Assembly (NCBI GenBank): GCA_024684455.1
Contig: JAIKWU010000076.1
Location: 89,645 to 153,644, forward strand
Length of the DNA: 64,000 nt
Origin: Bacteroidaceae bacterium
Lineage (GTDB): Bacteria > Bacteroidota > Bacteroidia > Bacteroidales > Bacteroidaceae
Direction: 5' to 3'
Made by a program: the position numbers and the translations under genes. This document shows positions 1 to 9,024 of the stretch, one piece after another. The notes beneath the pieces were generated by a model, which was not told where the DNA came from, ran no database searches, and saw nothing but the letters and a program-made list of their open reading frames with translations. How positions within the stretch are numbered: the first letter of the stretch is position 1; the number at the start of each line of letters is the position of its first letter.

Positions 1-1524
1 GAAGGCACCCCCACCGACGACAGCGGCAACTACACAGGAACGCTGCGCGGCAAGGCTTCCGTCGTTCAGTTGGAAGATGGCAACTATGTGCTGGCTACTG
101 GTCTGCAGGGCGAACAGAGTTATATGGACATCCCCGTCGCTGCAGTGAAGAACGCACTCACCGACGCCACCGACTTCACCATCAGCCTCGACCTGCTGCC
201 GCGTGCTGCCAACAACACCAACAACTTCTGCTGGGCGTTCGAGTTTGCCAACGGCACCAGCCAGTACCTCGGCCTGATCTGCGCAGGAGGCAACGGCAAC
301 TGGTACTACCAGGCCAAGGGCAACAGCAACACCACTACCGTCGATTCGTGGGCTGGACTGCGCCTCAGCCAGTGGCACAACCTCACCTATACGCAGAAGG
401 ACGGCGTAGGCCGTATGTACGTGGACGGACAGTTGCGTAACACAAAGAACGTCAACGCACACCCCTCTGAATTCCTCTCCAAAATCACCGGTGCCTCGCT
501 AGGACACTCGCCGTTCTCGGCCGATGCCATCATGGAGAACACCCTCTTCGACAACCTTCTCATCTTCGACAGCGCGCTCGACGAGACACAGGTACGCGAC
601 ATTGCCAGTCGTGCAGCCGCCATGCCGACCGACCATGCCTTCGACAATCTCGACGACCTGCAAGACCTCGAAATCCTCGTCAAGGAAGTGAAGAACTACT
701 ACAAGGACGCTGACAACTCTTCGCTCACCAGTGCCTACAATTCTGCCTCGCGAGCCATCAGCAACACCTCGCTCTCCACCAAGCGTCAGCGCTATCAGCA
801 ACTCGTCGAGGCTGTCAACAACTACCAGCAGGCCGAACTGGACAAGGCTGAGCGTGGCGAAGCAGCCAACCTCACCTTCCTCATCACCAACAGTTCATTC
901 ACCCGTTATAACATCGGCTGGCAGGGCATCCACATCCCCACCAGTGGCAACTATGCAGGCTATGCCAGCGAGACAGCCGAGCAGTTCTCGCGTCCGTTCG
1001 ACCTCTGGCAGGAAATCGACGGACTGCCCGAAGGCATCTACACCCTCACGTGTAACGCCTTCTACCGTGCCGGCGACATTGCCACTGCCTACGCAGCCTG
1101 GCAGGCTTCCGACCCCACCACCCAATACGCACAACTCTATCTCGGTGAGGCCTCTACGCCGCTCGTCAACCTCTACAGCAGCGAGCAGTACACCTACGAT
1201 CCCTACAACTATCCTGACAACCTCACGGCGGCTTCGAAGGCATTCAACACCGACGGTCAGTACGGTGAGAACTCCGTCACCTACACCCTCGAAGCCAGTC
1301 AGCCCCTGCGCCTCGGTATCCGCAAGCCGCAGACTGTTGCTGCCGACTGGGTGGCCTACGACCACTTCCAACTCCGCTACGAGGGAACGGCCACGGGCAT
1401 CGAAGAAGTACAAAGTGCAAAGAACAATGTACAGAGTACCATTTACGACCTTGCCGGTCGTCCTGTCAAGAATCCGACACGCGGCATCTACATCGTAGGC
1501 GGACGCAAACTGTTCATCAAATAA
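1..1524 (+). CDS. Secreted LamG/concanavalin-like domain protein with T9SS C-terminal sorting domain; 5' end lies outside the window
   Basis: The frame is open from base 1, and the track start at 70 is only the first start codon. The C-terminus ...TIYDLAGRPVKNPTRGIYIVGGRKLFIK is typical of a Por/T9SS CTD. Confidence 0.7.
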   Translation, partial: EGTPTDDSGNYTGTLRGKASVVQLEDGNYVLATGLQGEQSYMDIPVAAVKNALTDATDFTISLDLLPRAANNTNNFCWAFEFANGTSQYLGLICAGGNGNWYYQAKGNSNTTTVDSWAGLRLSQWHNLTYTQKDGVGRMYVDGQLRNTKNVNAHPSEFLSKITGASLGHSPFSADAIMENTLFDNLLIFDSALDETQVRDIASRAAAMPTDHAFDNLDDLQDLEILVKEVKNYYKDADNSSLTSAYNSASRAISNTSLSTKRQRYQQLVEAVNNYQQAELDKAERGEAANLTFLITNSSFTRYNIGWQGIHIPTSGNYAGYASETAEQFSRPFDLWQEIDGLPEGIYTLTCNAFYRAGDIATAYAAWQASDPTTQYAQLYLGEASTPLVNLYSSEQYTYDPYNYPDNLTAASKAFNTDGQYGENSVTYTLEASQPLRLGIRKPQTVAADWVAYDHFQLRYEGTATGIEEVQSAKNNVQSTIYDLAGRPVKNPTRGIYIVGGRKLFIK

Positions 1525-1556
1525 GTGCTCGGAAGCGAACTTCCATTTGAAAAAAT

Positions 1557-1590
1557 CCGTGGCGCGGTGTGAATTCACACCGCGCCACGG
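1557..1590 (+). terminator. Perfect 34-bp palindrome 33 bp after the stop codon; candidate terminator
   Basis: ccgtggcgcggtgtg-aatt-cacaccgcgccacgg (15-bp stems). No T-tract follows and an A-tract precedes it. Confidence 0.5.
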
Positions 1591-1620
1591 TTGCTATTCA
1601 CACTTGTCAGGGCATTCTTT

Positions 1621-1660
1621 TGTTTCAAAAAAGCAGAAAATGTTTCAAAAAAGCAGAAAA
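1621..1660 (+). repeat. Perfect tandem duplication of a 20-mer (tgtttcaaaaaagcagaaaa x2) upstream of the AraC-family gene
   Basis: Read directly: 1621-1640 is identical to 1641-1660. Confidence 0.95.
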
Positions 1661-1707
1661 CCTGTGTGTTTTTGTACTGTGTACTTTGTAGTTTGTACTT
1701 TTTGTCG

Positions 1708-1715
1708 TACCTTTG
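1708..1715 (+). promoter_or_regulatory. Bacteroidota -7 box TACCTTTG (TAnnTTTG) for the AraC-family gene
   Basis: Matches the TAnnTTTG consensus about 50 bp upstream of the ATG at 1766. Confidence 0.55.
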
Positions 1716-1765
1716 GCTACACCAAGTTGAGAAGTTTAAGTAGTTAAAGAAGTTAGGAACGACGT

Positions 1766-2920
1766 ATGCTACTCACTGCTTTACCGATGATGGTCTGCCT
1801 GTTCTGGACAGTTTTTTTGCTGACCAACTACTTCGAGACGCACGATCCTGTACGGGGTCGTCTGTCGGTGTTCATGCTGGCGGCGACATTGCTGTATGCA
1901 GGTCATTATGTTTTTTTTAACCGCTACGAGGAGTGGATTCCACTGAGCGATACGGTGTATGTGTATGCGAACCTGTCGGTCTATCCTCTCTATCTGTGGT
2001 ATATTGATAAACTGACGGAAGGACCTGACCGTCCGAACTTCTGGCGGCGTCTGCTGTTTTTGATTCCTCTGCTGGTGGCGAGTGCGACGTGGATTACTTA
2101 TCAGCGAATGGATGCGGCACAGACGGCTGCGTTCATTGACGCTTATCTCTATCGAGGCAGCATGGAGGGACTGAGCGGTGCCGCCTACGTTCAGGCAGTC
2201 ATCCATGCGGTGGCGCGTCTGCTGTTTGCCGTGCAGATTCTGCCGATATTCATTGCGGGCAACCGCCGTCTTCACCTGTTCGACCCGAAGAGGGAGAAGG
2301 GCCTGCACGGCATCCGCTTCCTGCTGATGCTCTTTGCAGTGGTGTCGTTTTTCTCGTTTGTTTCCAACCTCGTGGGGCGACACCAGTTCTCGTCGTCACA
2401 CATGCTACTGGCTGTTCCTTCGGTGGCTTTTTCAGTGTTTCTTTATTATATAGGATATTTGGGGTATAGGGTGAGACCCAACGGACCCACTCCCTTGCCC
2501 CTCCCTGTGAGGGAGGAGAGTAATTACCCTCATTCTGAGACATTCTCCTCCCCTCCCTCACAGGAAGAGGTAGGAGGGGAGCCCGTGATGTCTTTGCGCG
2601 AACAAATCGAGCACTTGATGAAGGTAGAAGGTGCTTTTCTGCAGCCTAACCTTAAAATCAGCGACATGGCTCAACGGCTGGGCTCAAACCGTAACTATAT
2701 CTACGAAGCGATTAACAAGGAGATAGGGATGTCGTTCTCGGAGTATGTGAACCGTCTGCGTGTGGCGCATTCGCAGGAACTGATGAAGAAGCATCCCGAC
2801 ATGCTGCTGGGTGAGGTAGCGGTAAAGTCGGGTTTCAGCAGCATGGTCAGTTTCTACCGTTCGTTCAAGAAGTATGTGGGCTGTGCACCGAAGGAATGGC
2901 AGTCGGACCACCATGAGTAG
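1766..2920 (+). CDS. Membrane-anchored AraC-family transcriptional regulator (N-terminal multi-TM domain, C-terminal HTH)
   Basis: Hydrophobic helices fill the first ~235 aa. The C-terminal AraC HTH reads ...ISDMAQRLGSNRNYIYEAINKEIGMSFSEYVNRLRVAHSQELM...SGFSSMVSFYRSFKKYVG. The linker carries the family-1 repeat doublet. Confidence 0.85.
   Translation: MLLTALPMMVCLFWTVFLLTNYFETHDPVRGRLSVFMLAATLLYAGHYVFFNRYEEWIPLSDTVYVYANLSVYPLYLWYIDKLTEGPDRPNFWRRLLFLIPLLVASATWITYQRMDAAQTAAFIDAYLYRGSMEGLSGAAYVQAVIHAVARLLFAVQILPIFIAGNRRLHLFDPKREKGLHGIRFLLMLFAVVSFFSFVSNLVGRHQFSSSHMLLAVPSVAFSVFLYYIGYLGYRVRPNGPTPLPLPVREESNYPHSETFSSPPSQEEVGGEPVMSLREQIEHLMKVEGAFLQPNLKISDMAQRLGSNRNYIYEAINKEIGMSFSEYVNRLRVAHSQELMKKHPDMLLGEVAVKSGFSSMVSFYRSFKKYVGCAPKEWQSDHHE
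2484..2584. repeat. Family-1 GC-rich hairpin repeat, inverted doublet A, inside the AraC-family CDS
   Basis: gacccactcccttgcccctccctgtgagggaggagagtaattac ... ctcctcccctccctcacaggaagaggtaggaggggagccc. Translated in frame as PTPLPLPVREESNYPHSETFSSPPSQEEVGGEP. Confidence 0.85.
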
Positions 2921-3798
2921 AGTCGGCGCAAACGCCGTGAAGGCAGGTTGAGAAAGAGTCGTTGACGGGGAGAGAACGTCATGCCGACGTGCTGCATGTC
3001 GCGTAGGATTTCACGAAAAAAAACAGAGTCTTGCCACACACTGCGAGGTTCGTCGAGTGTGGCTGCAAAGAGATTGGCGATACGGTCGATGAGTGTATCG
3101 CCCAGATAGTCGTCGACGACGTCGGAGGGTATGGAACCCATGCGTAGACGGTTGAGACGTTCGCAGTATTCGGTCGTCCAGCGAAAGACGTTCGACGTGT
3201 GTTCCTCGCCTTTCAGATAGATGCTTTCGTGTAGTGTGCGCACGTCTTTCTGCGTCTGGAAAATGAGGCGAAGCCAGAAGAGATAGTCTTCGCCGTTGAT
3301 GATTTCACGAGGAAGGTCGAACTGGTGGGCATTGAGTGCTGAGTGGCGATAGAGACTGCCCCAGGGCACGCCGATAGTTCCTTCGCCGCGCACGGTCAGA
3401 TGGCGGAAGAGTTCGATGGGGACTGTTCCTGTCGGATATCCGATGCTGGCACTGTTGCCCAGCACAATGTCGGTGTCATCGGTAGCGTTTTGCAGCAGAC
3501 GCTCGATGCCATCGACTCTGAGTTGGTCGTCGGCATCGACATAGGTGAGCCATTCGCCCGCAGCCTGCTGAGTGCCTCTCCAACGTGCGGCAGTGCGGCC
3601 CTGGTTGGGCTGATGGACGACGCGGATGCGGCTGTCCTGTTGTGCCTTGGCGTCGCAGATGCGTCCGCTCTCGTCGGGCGACCCGTCATCGACAAGCACG
3701 ATGTCAACGTCTGTGTGGGTTTGATGACAGAGGCTGTCGATGCACGCCGCAATCGTGTCGGCAGCGTTATAGACGGGAACGACGATGGAGACGGTCAT
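2854..3798 (-). CDS. Family 2 glycosyltransferase
   Basis: N-terminus MTVSIVVPVYNAADTIAACIDSLCHQTHTDVDIVLVDDGSPDES is a GT2 signature. Its ATG overlaps the upstream stop (ATGA). Its 3' end overlaps the convergent AraC gene by 67 bp. Confidence 0.85.
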   Translation of the reverse strand: MTVSIVVPVYNAADTIAACIDSLCHQTHTDVDIVLVDDGSPDESGRICDAKAQQDSRIRVVHQPNQGRTAARWRGTQQAAGEWLTYVDADDQLRVDGIERLLQNATDDTDIVLGNSASIGYPTGTVPIELFRHLTVRGEGTIGVPWGSLYRHSALNAHQFDLPREIINGEDYLFWLRLIFQTQKDVRTLHESIYLKGEEHTSNVFRWTTEYCERLNRLRMGSIPSDVVDDYLGDTLIDRIANLFAATLDEPRSVWQDSVFFREILRDMQHVGMTFSPRQRLFLNLPSRRLRRLYSWWSDCHSFGAQPTYFLNER

Positions 3799-5090
3799 GG
3801 TTGGGAATAGTCAACGTGGAAGACATCGACACAGTTGCCGCCACGGGTGCCGCGTCCTTGCGAGGTGGTGATGACGGTACGTCCGTCCTGCGAGATGTCC
3901 AGTCCGACGGTGTAACTGTCGGCAGGAACGCTGAGCACGAGGCGCATGCTTTGTGTGTCAACGATGTCCAGACGGCTGTCCATGTTGCAGGCGGCAAAGA
4001 CGTAGCGGCCGTCGGGCGAGAGTTCGATGGTGCGTGCACCGGCACCGACCTTACACTCCTGCCAGCCTGTGACCGTGGCAAGGTGATTGTTGAAATGATG
4101 TGCTGCATCGAGAAAACGGTCGAGACGGATGCGCTGCACGTAGCCTGCACGATTGATGGAGAGGTAGAGCCAGCCGTCGCGGATGACGAGATGGCGCACG
4201 TTGGCACGCATACCTTGCATACGTCCGAGGTACTGTTTTGTCTGCATGTCAATCACGGCAATACCACCGCCCTGTCCCATGCAGCCTACGAGCAGGTAGC
4301 GGTCGTCGGGTGTGAACACCGTGCCGCGCAGACACCAGCCGCTGTCGTCGTCGCGATCGACCTGCATGTCGAGGCCGAAGTTAAGGTCGAGTTTCTTGTC
4401 AATTACGAAAAGGTGTTCATACTTCCAATCACGAGGATGGGGACTCTGGATGTTAATCACGCCGACGGTGTTGTCGCCCCAGTGTGTCACCACCATCCAA
4501 CGTCCGTCGTGGCTCGGACACACCATCTTCGGCAGTGGACCTGTCTCCAGGACGACGACAATGCTGTCCTTTTCGGTGTCAATCACGGCCATCGCCGACG
4601 GCTCCTGCGCATTGAGGTCGAACGTGCGGCGATAGAAAGGGACCCAGAAGTAGCGTCCACCGTGCGAGAAAGCACCCTCGACAGGCTTGCCCTGGAAAGT
4701 GTGCAGGTTCTCGGTGTAGAAGCGAAAAGGAAAGAGTTCGTGCTGTTCGAGAAACAGCGCTGTGTCGGCTTCGGTGAAATTGTGCTCAACGACGGCCAGT
4801 TTTCTACGGCTCACCATGTCGTAGGCAATGGTCTTGCAGCCTTCGAGGCTATTGATGTAGAACTTCTTGCCGCGGGGATGAATGTTGGCAGACTTCGGCG
4901 AGTGGATGTCGGCATCGGGCTGAGGTTCAGCAGCGCTTGTGCTGAAGTTCTGAAACTTGTCCACCAGCGTGACGCTGATACTGCCGTCTTTCGCCGTCAG
5001 CGTCTGCCCGATGCGTGGATGTACTTCGGGATAGGTCTGAGCGAACAGCGAGGTCGCACAGAGAGACAGGAGGAAAAGCCAATGCTTCAT
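3795..5090 (-). CDS. Secreted beta-propeller repeat protein (YncE/YVTN-like); paralog of the 5087-6568 gene
   Basis: Start trimmed to MKHWLFLLSLCATSLFAQ (signal peptide), which forms an ATGA overlap with the upstream stop. Shares ADIHSPKS.NIHP.GKKFY.NSLEG, PSAMAVIDT, LRGTVFTPDD.YLLVGCMG and MRAN.RHLVI with its neighbour. Confidence 0.65.
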   Translation of the reverse strand: MKHWLFLLSLCATSLFAQTYPEVHPRIGQTLTAKDGSISVTLVDKFQNFSTSAAEPQPDADIHSPKSANIHPRGKKFYINSLEGCKTIAYDMVSRRKLAVVEHNFTEADTALFLEQHELFPFRFYTENLHTFQGKPVEGAFSHGGRYFWVPFYRRTFDLNAQEPSAMAVIDTEKDSIVVVLETGPLPKMVCPSHDGRWMVVTHWGDNTVGVINIQSPHPRDWKYEHLFVIDKKLDLNFGLDMQVDRDDDSGWCLRGTVFTPDDRYLLVGCMGQGGGIAVIDMQTKQYLGRMQGMRANVRHLVIRDGWLYLSINRAGYVQRIRLDRFLDAAHHFNNHLATVTGWQECKVGAGARTIELSPDGRYVFAACNMDSRLDIVDTQSMRLVLSVPADSYTVGLDISQDGRTVITTSQGRGTRGGNCVDVFHVDYSQP

Positions 5091-6568
5091 TGCTGACGAT
5101 GTTTTTGAATAAAGATGAGGATGAGCATGATGACCATGCTGATGCCGGCAACCCATAGGAGAATCGTGGGTGAAGGAATAGAGGACGTTTTCTCTTTTGC
5201 CGGTGCAGGGGTAGCAACGGTGTCTGTTTCTACGACTTCTTCGGCGGGTTCGGCAGGCTTGGGTGCCACCTCGGCTTCAGCATATTCGACGCTGTAGATG
5301 TTGACAGCGTTGCCGCCGCCACTGCCGCTATGGCCCTGCGAGGTGACGATGACGATACTGCCGTCGTCAGAGATGTCCAGCCCTACGGGATAACTGTCAA
5401 CGGGCGTCGAGCACACCATCTTCATGCTGCGTGTATCAGCGACGCACAGACGACTGCCGCCGTTGCAGGCTGCAAAGAAGAAACGTCCGCTGGGCGAGGC
5501 CTCGATGGTGCGTGCGCCGCTCATAACGGTACACTCTTCCCAACCACTAACCGTGGCAGTCTTGCCTTGCATCTGTCGTGCTGCGTCCATGAATTTGCTG
5601 AGCGGCATCCGCTGGATGACACCGGCAGCGTTGCTGGAGAGGTAGAGCGTGTCGTTCTTGATGACGAGGTGGCGGATGTTGGCACGCATACCGAGCATAC
5701 GTCCCATGTACTTCTTGGCCTTCAAGTCAATCACGGCGATGCCGCCTGCACCGCCCATGCAGCCGACGAGCAGATAGTTGTCGTCGGGTGTGAATACTGT
5801 GCCTCGCAGTGCATAGCCGCTACCGTTGTCACGGTTGACAGACTCGCTGAGGCTGAAGTTGAGTTTCAGTTGGTAATCGACGATGTAGAGTTGGTCGTAG
5901 TGCCAGGACGCAGGGTCGTCGCCGCTGATGTCCAGCGTCGCCACGGTGTTGTCGCCCCAGTGACTGATGGCCACTGTACGGCCGTCGTGCGACGATGCCA
6001 CCATCTTCGGCAGCGGACCTGTCTCGAACAGGCGGACGATGGTGTCACGGTCGGTATCAATCACAGCCATCGCCGACGGGTCTTGTGCATTGATGTCGTA
6101 GGAACGGCGGTAGTAGGGCACCCACAGATAACGTCCGCCGTGCGTAAACGTGCTCTCGACGGGCTTGCCGCTGAAAGTGTTCAGTGCGCGGCTGCCATTG
6201 TTGTAGTGGCGGAAGGGGAACAGTCCGCTGGGTTTTGCCCACAGTGTGCGATGGCTGTCGTCAAACTGGTGGTGGATGACTTTCAGTTTCTTCCATGTCC
6301 CCATCTCATAGACGACGGTGCAGAAGCCTTCGAGCGAGTTGACGTAGAACTTCTTGCCGCTGGGGTGGATGTTGACCGACTTCGGACTGTGTATGTCAGC
6401 ATCGTAGGTCTGGCGGTCGCCTGTGCTGAAACTCTGAAACTTGTGCAATAGCGTGAGCCTTACGCTGCCGTCGGCTGCCTGGTCTGTCTGTCCGATGCGG
6501 CTGTGAACGACGCCTTGTGCCCATGCAGTCGTGGCATAGAGCGACAGGAGGATGAGTAGTTGTTTCAT
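5087..6568 (-). CDS. Beta-propeller repeat protein with signal peptide and an extra C-terminal transmembrane anchor
   Basis: MKQLLILLSLYATTAWAQ signal peptide. Paralogous to the 3795-5090 gene. The C-terminal tail ...SSIPSPTILLWVAGISMVIMLILIFIQKHRQQ forms a TM helix. ATGA overlaps at both ends. Confidence 0.65.
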   Translation of the reverse strand: MKQLLILLSLYATTAWAQGVVHSRIGQTDQAADGSVRLTLLHKFQSFSTGDRQTYDADIHSPKSVNIHPSGKKFYVNSLEGFCTVVYEMGTWKKLKVIHHQFDDSHRTLWAKPSGLFPFRHYNNGSRALNTFSGKPVESTFTHGGRYLWVPYYRRSYDINAQDPSAMAVIDTDRDTIVRLFETGPLPKMVASSHDGRTVAISHWGDNTVATLDISGDDPASWHYDQLYIVDYQLKLNFSLSESVNRDNGSGYALRGTVFTPDDNYLLVGCMGGAGGIAVIDLKAKKYMGRMLGMRANIRHLVIKNDTLYLSSNAAGVIQRMPLSKFMDAARQMQGKTATVSGWEECTVMSGARTIEASPSGRFFFAACNGGSRLCVADTRSMKMVCSTPVDSYPVGLDISDDGSIVIVTSQGHSGSGGGNAVNIYSVEYAEAEVAPKPAEPAEEVVETDTVATPAPAKEKTSSIPSPTILLWVAGISMVIMLILIFIQKHRQQ

Positions 6569-8778
6569 TTTGCAGATGATTGTGAAAGGATTTCGACATG
6601 CTGCACTTCCGACTCCTTGCCTTTGTATAGGATGTCGATGCGGAATGAGGCTGCGTCGCTGTAGATGTGGAGCGGGAGGACCTCTTCGTCTGCAGGTTCG
6701 TAGTCGAAGCGCAGGTGGATGGTAGTGCCGCTAAGGTAGTTCTCCACAGGTTTCAGTGCATCGTCGCTGTCGAGAGGTCGCAGTGAAAAGATGGGGTCTG
6801 TCATGGCGATGACACGTGGCAGTTGGATGCGGAGTGAGTGGTCCTTGCTCTTGAACCATCCTGTGAAGGTGTCCCACCACGACTCGTCTTTTTCGGCATC
6901 GTCGTTGGTCACCACCGTCGTTCCCTCCCTGAGTGTGTTCTGGAGTTTCGACGGCACGAGCGAGTAGTTGCGCAGATATTCCTCGCGGGCTTGTTGTTGC
7001 TGCTGTGAGCGGTCACGCCGTTCACCTCGCAGGAATGCCAATGCCGACGCTTCCTTGTAGTGTACGTCATCCACCCAGCAGATGCGGTCGTCGGTCATGG
7101 CGATAGCACGGATGCGGGTGATGTCGTCGTACGATTTGCCTGGGTAGCAGAGGTGGACGGTGTCGAGGTCGGCCGTCGAGCGTTTCGGGATGATGTTCAG
7201 CGTCTTCGGCACCTTGATGACGTCGTACTCGTCGCGGTACATGTCGGTGTAGTGGATGCAGAGATAGACGCGCACGTTTTCCAGGTCGATGTCGCTGCGG
7301 TTGTTCAGTTTCACACGCATCACATTGTCGCTGTGCCAGAAGAGCCACGAGGTCTCGGGTTCAATCTGTACGTCGAGGTACGACTGCTCAAGCAGCAGGC
7401 TCTTGAACGGCGCATAGAGGTTTTCTTCGCAGAACTGCATGTCGCTCAGCAGTTCGTCGTAGATGCCTTGGTTGCCGCGACGGAAGAAGTGGTTGTAGAT
7501 TTCGTCACGCGCCTCGTCCATACGGCCTTGGTTGGCATAGTGGCGTGCCTTCAGCAGGTTGGGACTGAACAGTCCGTAGCCCTCCATGGTCGAGGCATAC
7601 AGGCGGCGCAGATACTGCCCTTCGGGTGTCTTCTTCAAATAAGTACGCATGTTGTAGGCGTCGAGCATGTCGGTCAGTCGTGCTGCCTGACGCGGATATT
7701 CCACCGAAGCCTGGTGGAAGCAACTCAGCGCTGCCTGCTCATTGCCGATTTGCTGGTTCATCAACCCTTCGAGTACAAGGGCTGGAGCCGTGCGGTCGGG
7801 ATAGAGCGATTTGTATTTTTCTAGCAACTGAGCGGCCTCTCCTCCCACGGCCTCTCCTCCAGTCTGAGAAGGAGGGGAGGATAAAGTGTCTTCAAACTGG
7901 GAAAAGTGACTGCTCCCCTCCCTCTCAGGGAGGGGTTGGGGGAGAGTCTGCTGTTGTTTAGTTTGCAATAATATCTGCCCCATCGCTTCGAGCAGCATGG
8001 CTTCGCCGCATGTCGGATATTTGCGAAGAATGTTGCCCGTGTGCTTCAGCGCCTCATCCGTACGACCAGCGTAGAGGTCGAGGTAAGCCTTGTCTTTTTC
8101 GGTGCAGAGGGCGTCGTACTCATCCATGTACTTTTTGTAGATGGGCGTATAGTCCTCGAGATATTGGCGGTAGGTCAGTTTCAGCATCTGCAGGTCTTGC
8201 TGAATCTGCGCCTTCAGTTCCTTGTCCTCTTCATATTGCGAGAACACCTCGTCCATGCTTTTGTCGGCATTCTCGCCTGCTGCCAGTCCGAGCACGGCGA
8301 AGAAGTCGCCTGCCGCGGCACGTATGATGCTGCTGATCGAGATGTTCTCGACCATGGTCTGTCCGCCTCGGGCAGCACTGCGGGCCAGCCGCCACGTATC
8401 GCTCAGTTGCTTGTCTTGCTTCTGCAACTTGTACATATACTCCAGTACGGGGAACAGTTTGCGCTTGGCCTCAAGCACGTCTGGGGCCACGCCCGTGTAG
8501 TCCTGATGGGCCATGAAGTTGAGAAATTCATCGAAACTTTCGCTGCGCACCTGTGCCATTTCCATGGCGTTGAGCACGCGCACTGTCTGCTCCAGGTCGT
8601 AATCGCGACCCTGCTGCAGTTGTTCCTGTCGCTGAATGGCTTCGTAAGCAGGCACAAACTCTGCCGCCGGCTTATAGTGTTCGAGGTCGAGCGACAGCAG
8701 GTCGGTGTCGGTGCCACGGCTACAGCCGCTGAGCATGAGTGTCAATACGGCAAGGACTGAAAAAGCAATCTTCTTCAT
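6565..8778 (-). CDS. Large lipoprotein of unknown function (helical/TPR-like N-terminal half); first gene of a 4-gene coupled operon
   Basis: MKKIAFSVLAVLTLMLSGC lipobox. 737 aa. Contains family-1 doublet B in frame. Confidence 0.6.
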   Translation of the reverse strand: MKKIAFSVLAVLTLMLSGCSRGTDTDLLSLDLEHYKPAAEFVPAYEAIQRQEQLQQGRDYDLEQTVRVLNAMEMAQVRSESFDEFLNFMAHQDYTGVAPDVLEAKRKLFPVLEYMYKLQKQDKQLSDTWRLARSAARGGQTMVENISISSIIRAAAGDFFAVLGLAAGENADKSMDEVFSQYEEDKELKAQIQQDLQMLKLTYRQYLEDYTPIYKKYMDEYDALCTEKDKAYLDLYAGRTDEALKHTGNILRKYPTCGEAMLLEAMGQILLQTKQQQTLPQPLPEREGSSHFSQFEDTLSSPPSQTGGEAVGGEAAQLLEKYKSLYPDRTAPALVLEGLMNQQIGNEQAALSCFHQASVEYPRQAARLTDMLDAYNMRTYLKKTPEGQYLRRLYASTMEGYGLFSPNLLKARHYANQGRMDEARDEIYNHFFRRGNQGIYDELLSDMQFCEENLYAPFKSLLLEQSYLDVQIEPETSWLFWHSDNVMRVKLNNRSDIDLENVRVYLCIHYTDMYRDEYDVIKVPKTLNIIPKRSTADLDTVHLCYPGKSYDDITRIRAIAMTDDRICWVDDVHYKEASALAFLRGERRDRSQQQQQAREEYLRNYSLVPSKLQNTLREGTTVVTNDDAEKDESWWDTFTGWFKSKDHSLRIQLPRVIAMTDPIFSLRPLDSDDALKPVENYLSGTTIHLRFDYEPADEEVLPLHIYSDAASFRIDILYKGKESEVQHVEILSQSSAK
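7836..7949. repeat. Family-1 repeat, doublet B (left unit degenerate, with an internal ggcctctcctcc duplication), inside the lipoprotein CDS
   Basis: The right unit gtgactgctcccctccctctcagggaggggttgggggagagtct is a clear family member. Translated on the minus strand as TLPQPLPEREGSSHFSQFEDTLSSPPSQTGGEAVGGEA. Confidence 0.75.
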
Positions 8779-8801
8779 TATAAATGAAATAAGTGAGTGT
8801 G

Positions 8802-8809
8802 CAAAGATA
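8802..8809 (-). promoter_or_regulatory. -7 box TATCTTTG for the lipoprotein / propeller / GT2 operon
   Basis: The reverse complement of caaagata matches TAnnTTTG, 24 bp upstream of the ATG at 8778. Confidence 0.6.
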
Positions 8810-8950
8810 CGATTAAGTGAGAGGAATACAAAATGAAAGTCGAAAAACTTTCATATTAAAAACAACCGAGACAACTGAGGACAACTTTTGATTGAAAGAA
8901 ATGGGGATAAATTTCTGGGTAATTTCTTTCAGAAGGTATTAACGATTGCT

Positions 8951-9024
8951 TGTAGGGACGACCCGTGGGGCGTCCCGATTGGTGTTTCCTGTCCGACATG
9001 GACGCCCCACGGGTCGTCCCTACA
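8951..9024. repeat. Family-2 REPIN-like inverted doublet (perfect 25-nt arms, 24-nt spacer)
   Basis: tGTAGggacgacccgtggggcgtcc - 24 nt - ggacgccccacgggtcgtccCTACa. Each arm also has an internal GGGACG/CGTCCC palindrome. Confidence 0.85.

Noticed and set aside
3585-5096. A long plus-strand ORF (503 aa), and similar antisense ORFs at 5330-6451, 7060-7824, 30487-31035, 42629-43672, 44456-45622, 56236-57120 and 63200-63907.
   Set aside because: They lie antisense to genes with strong family signatures. Their Arg/Ala/Val/His-rich composition is biased and shows no motifs. These are typical shadow ORFs of high-GC coding DNA.
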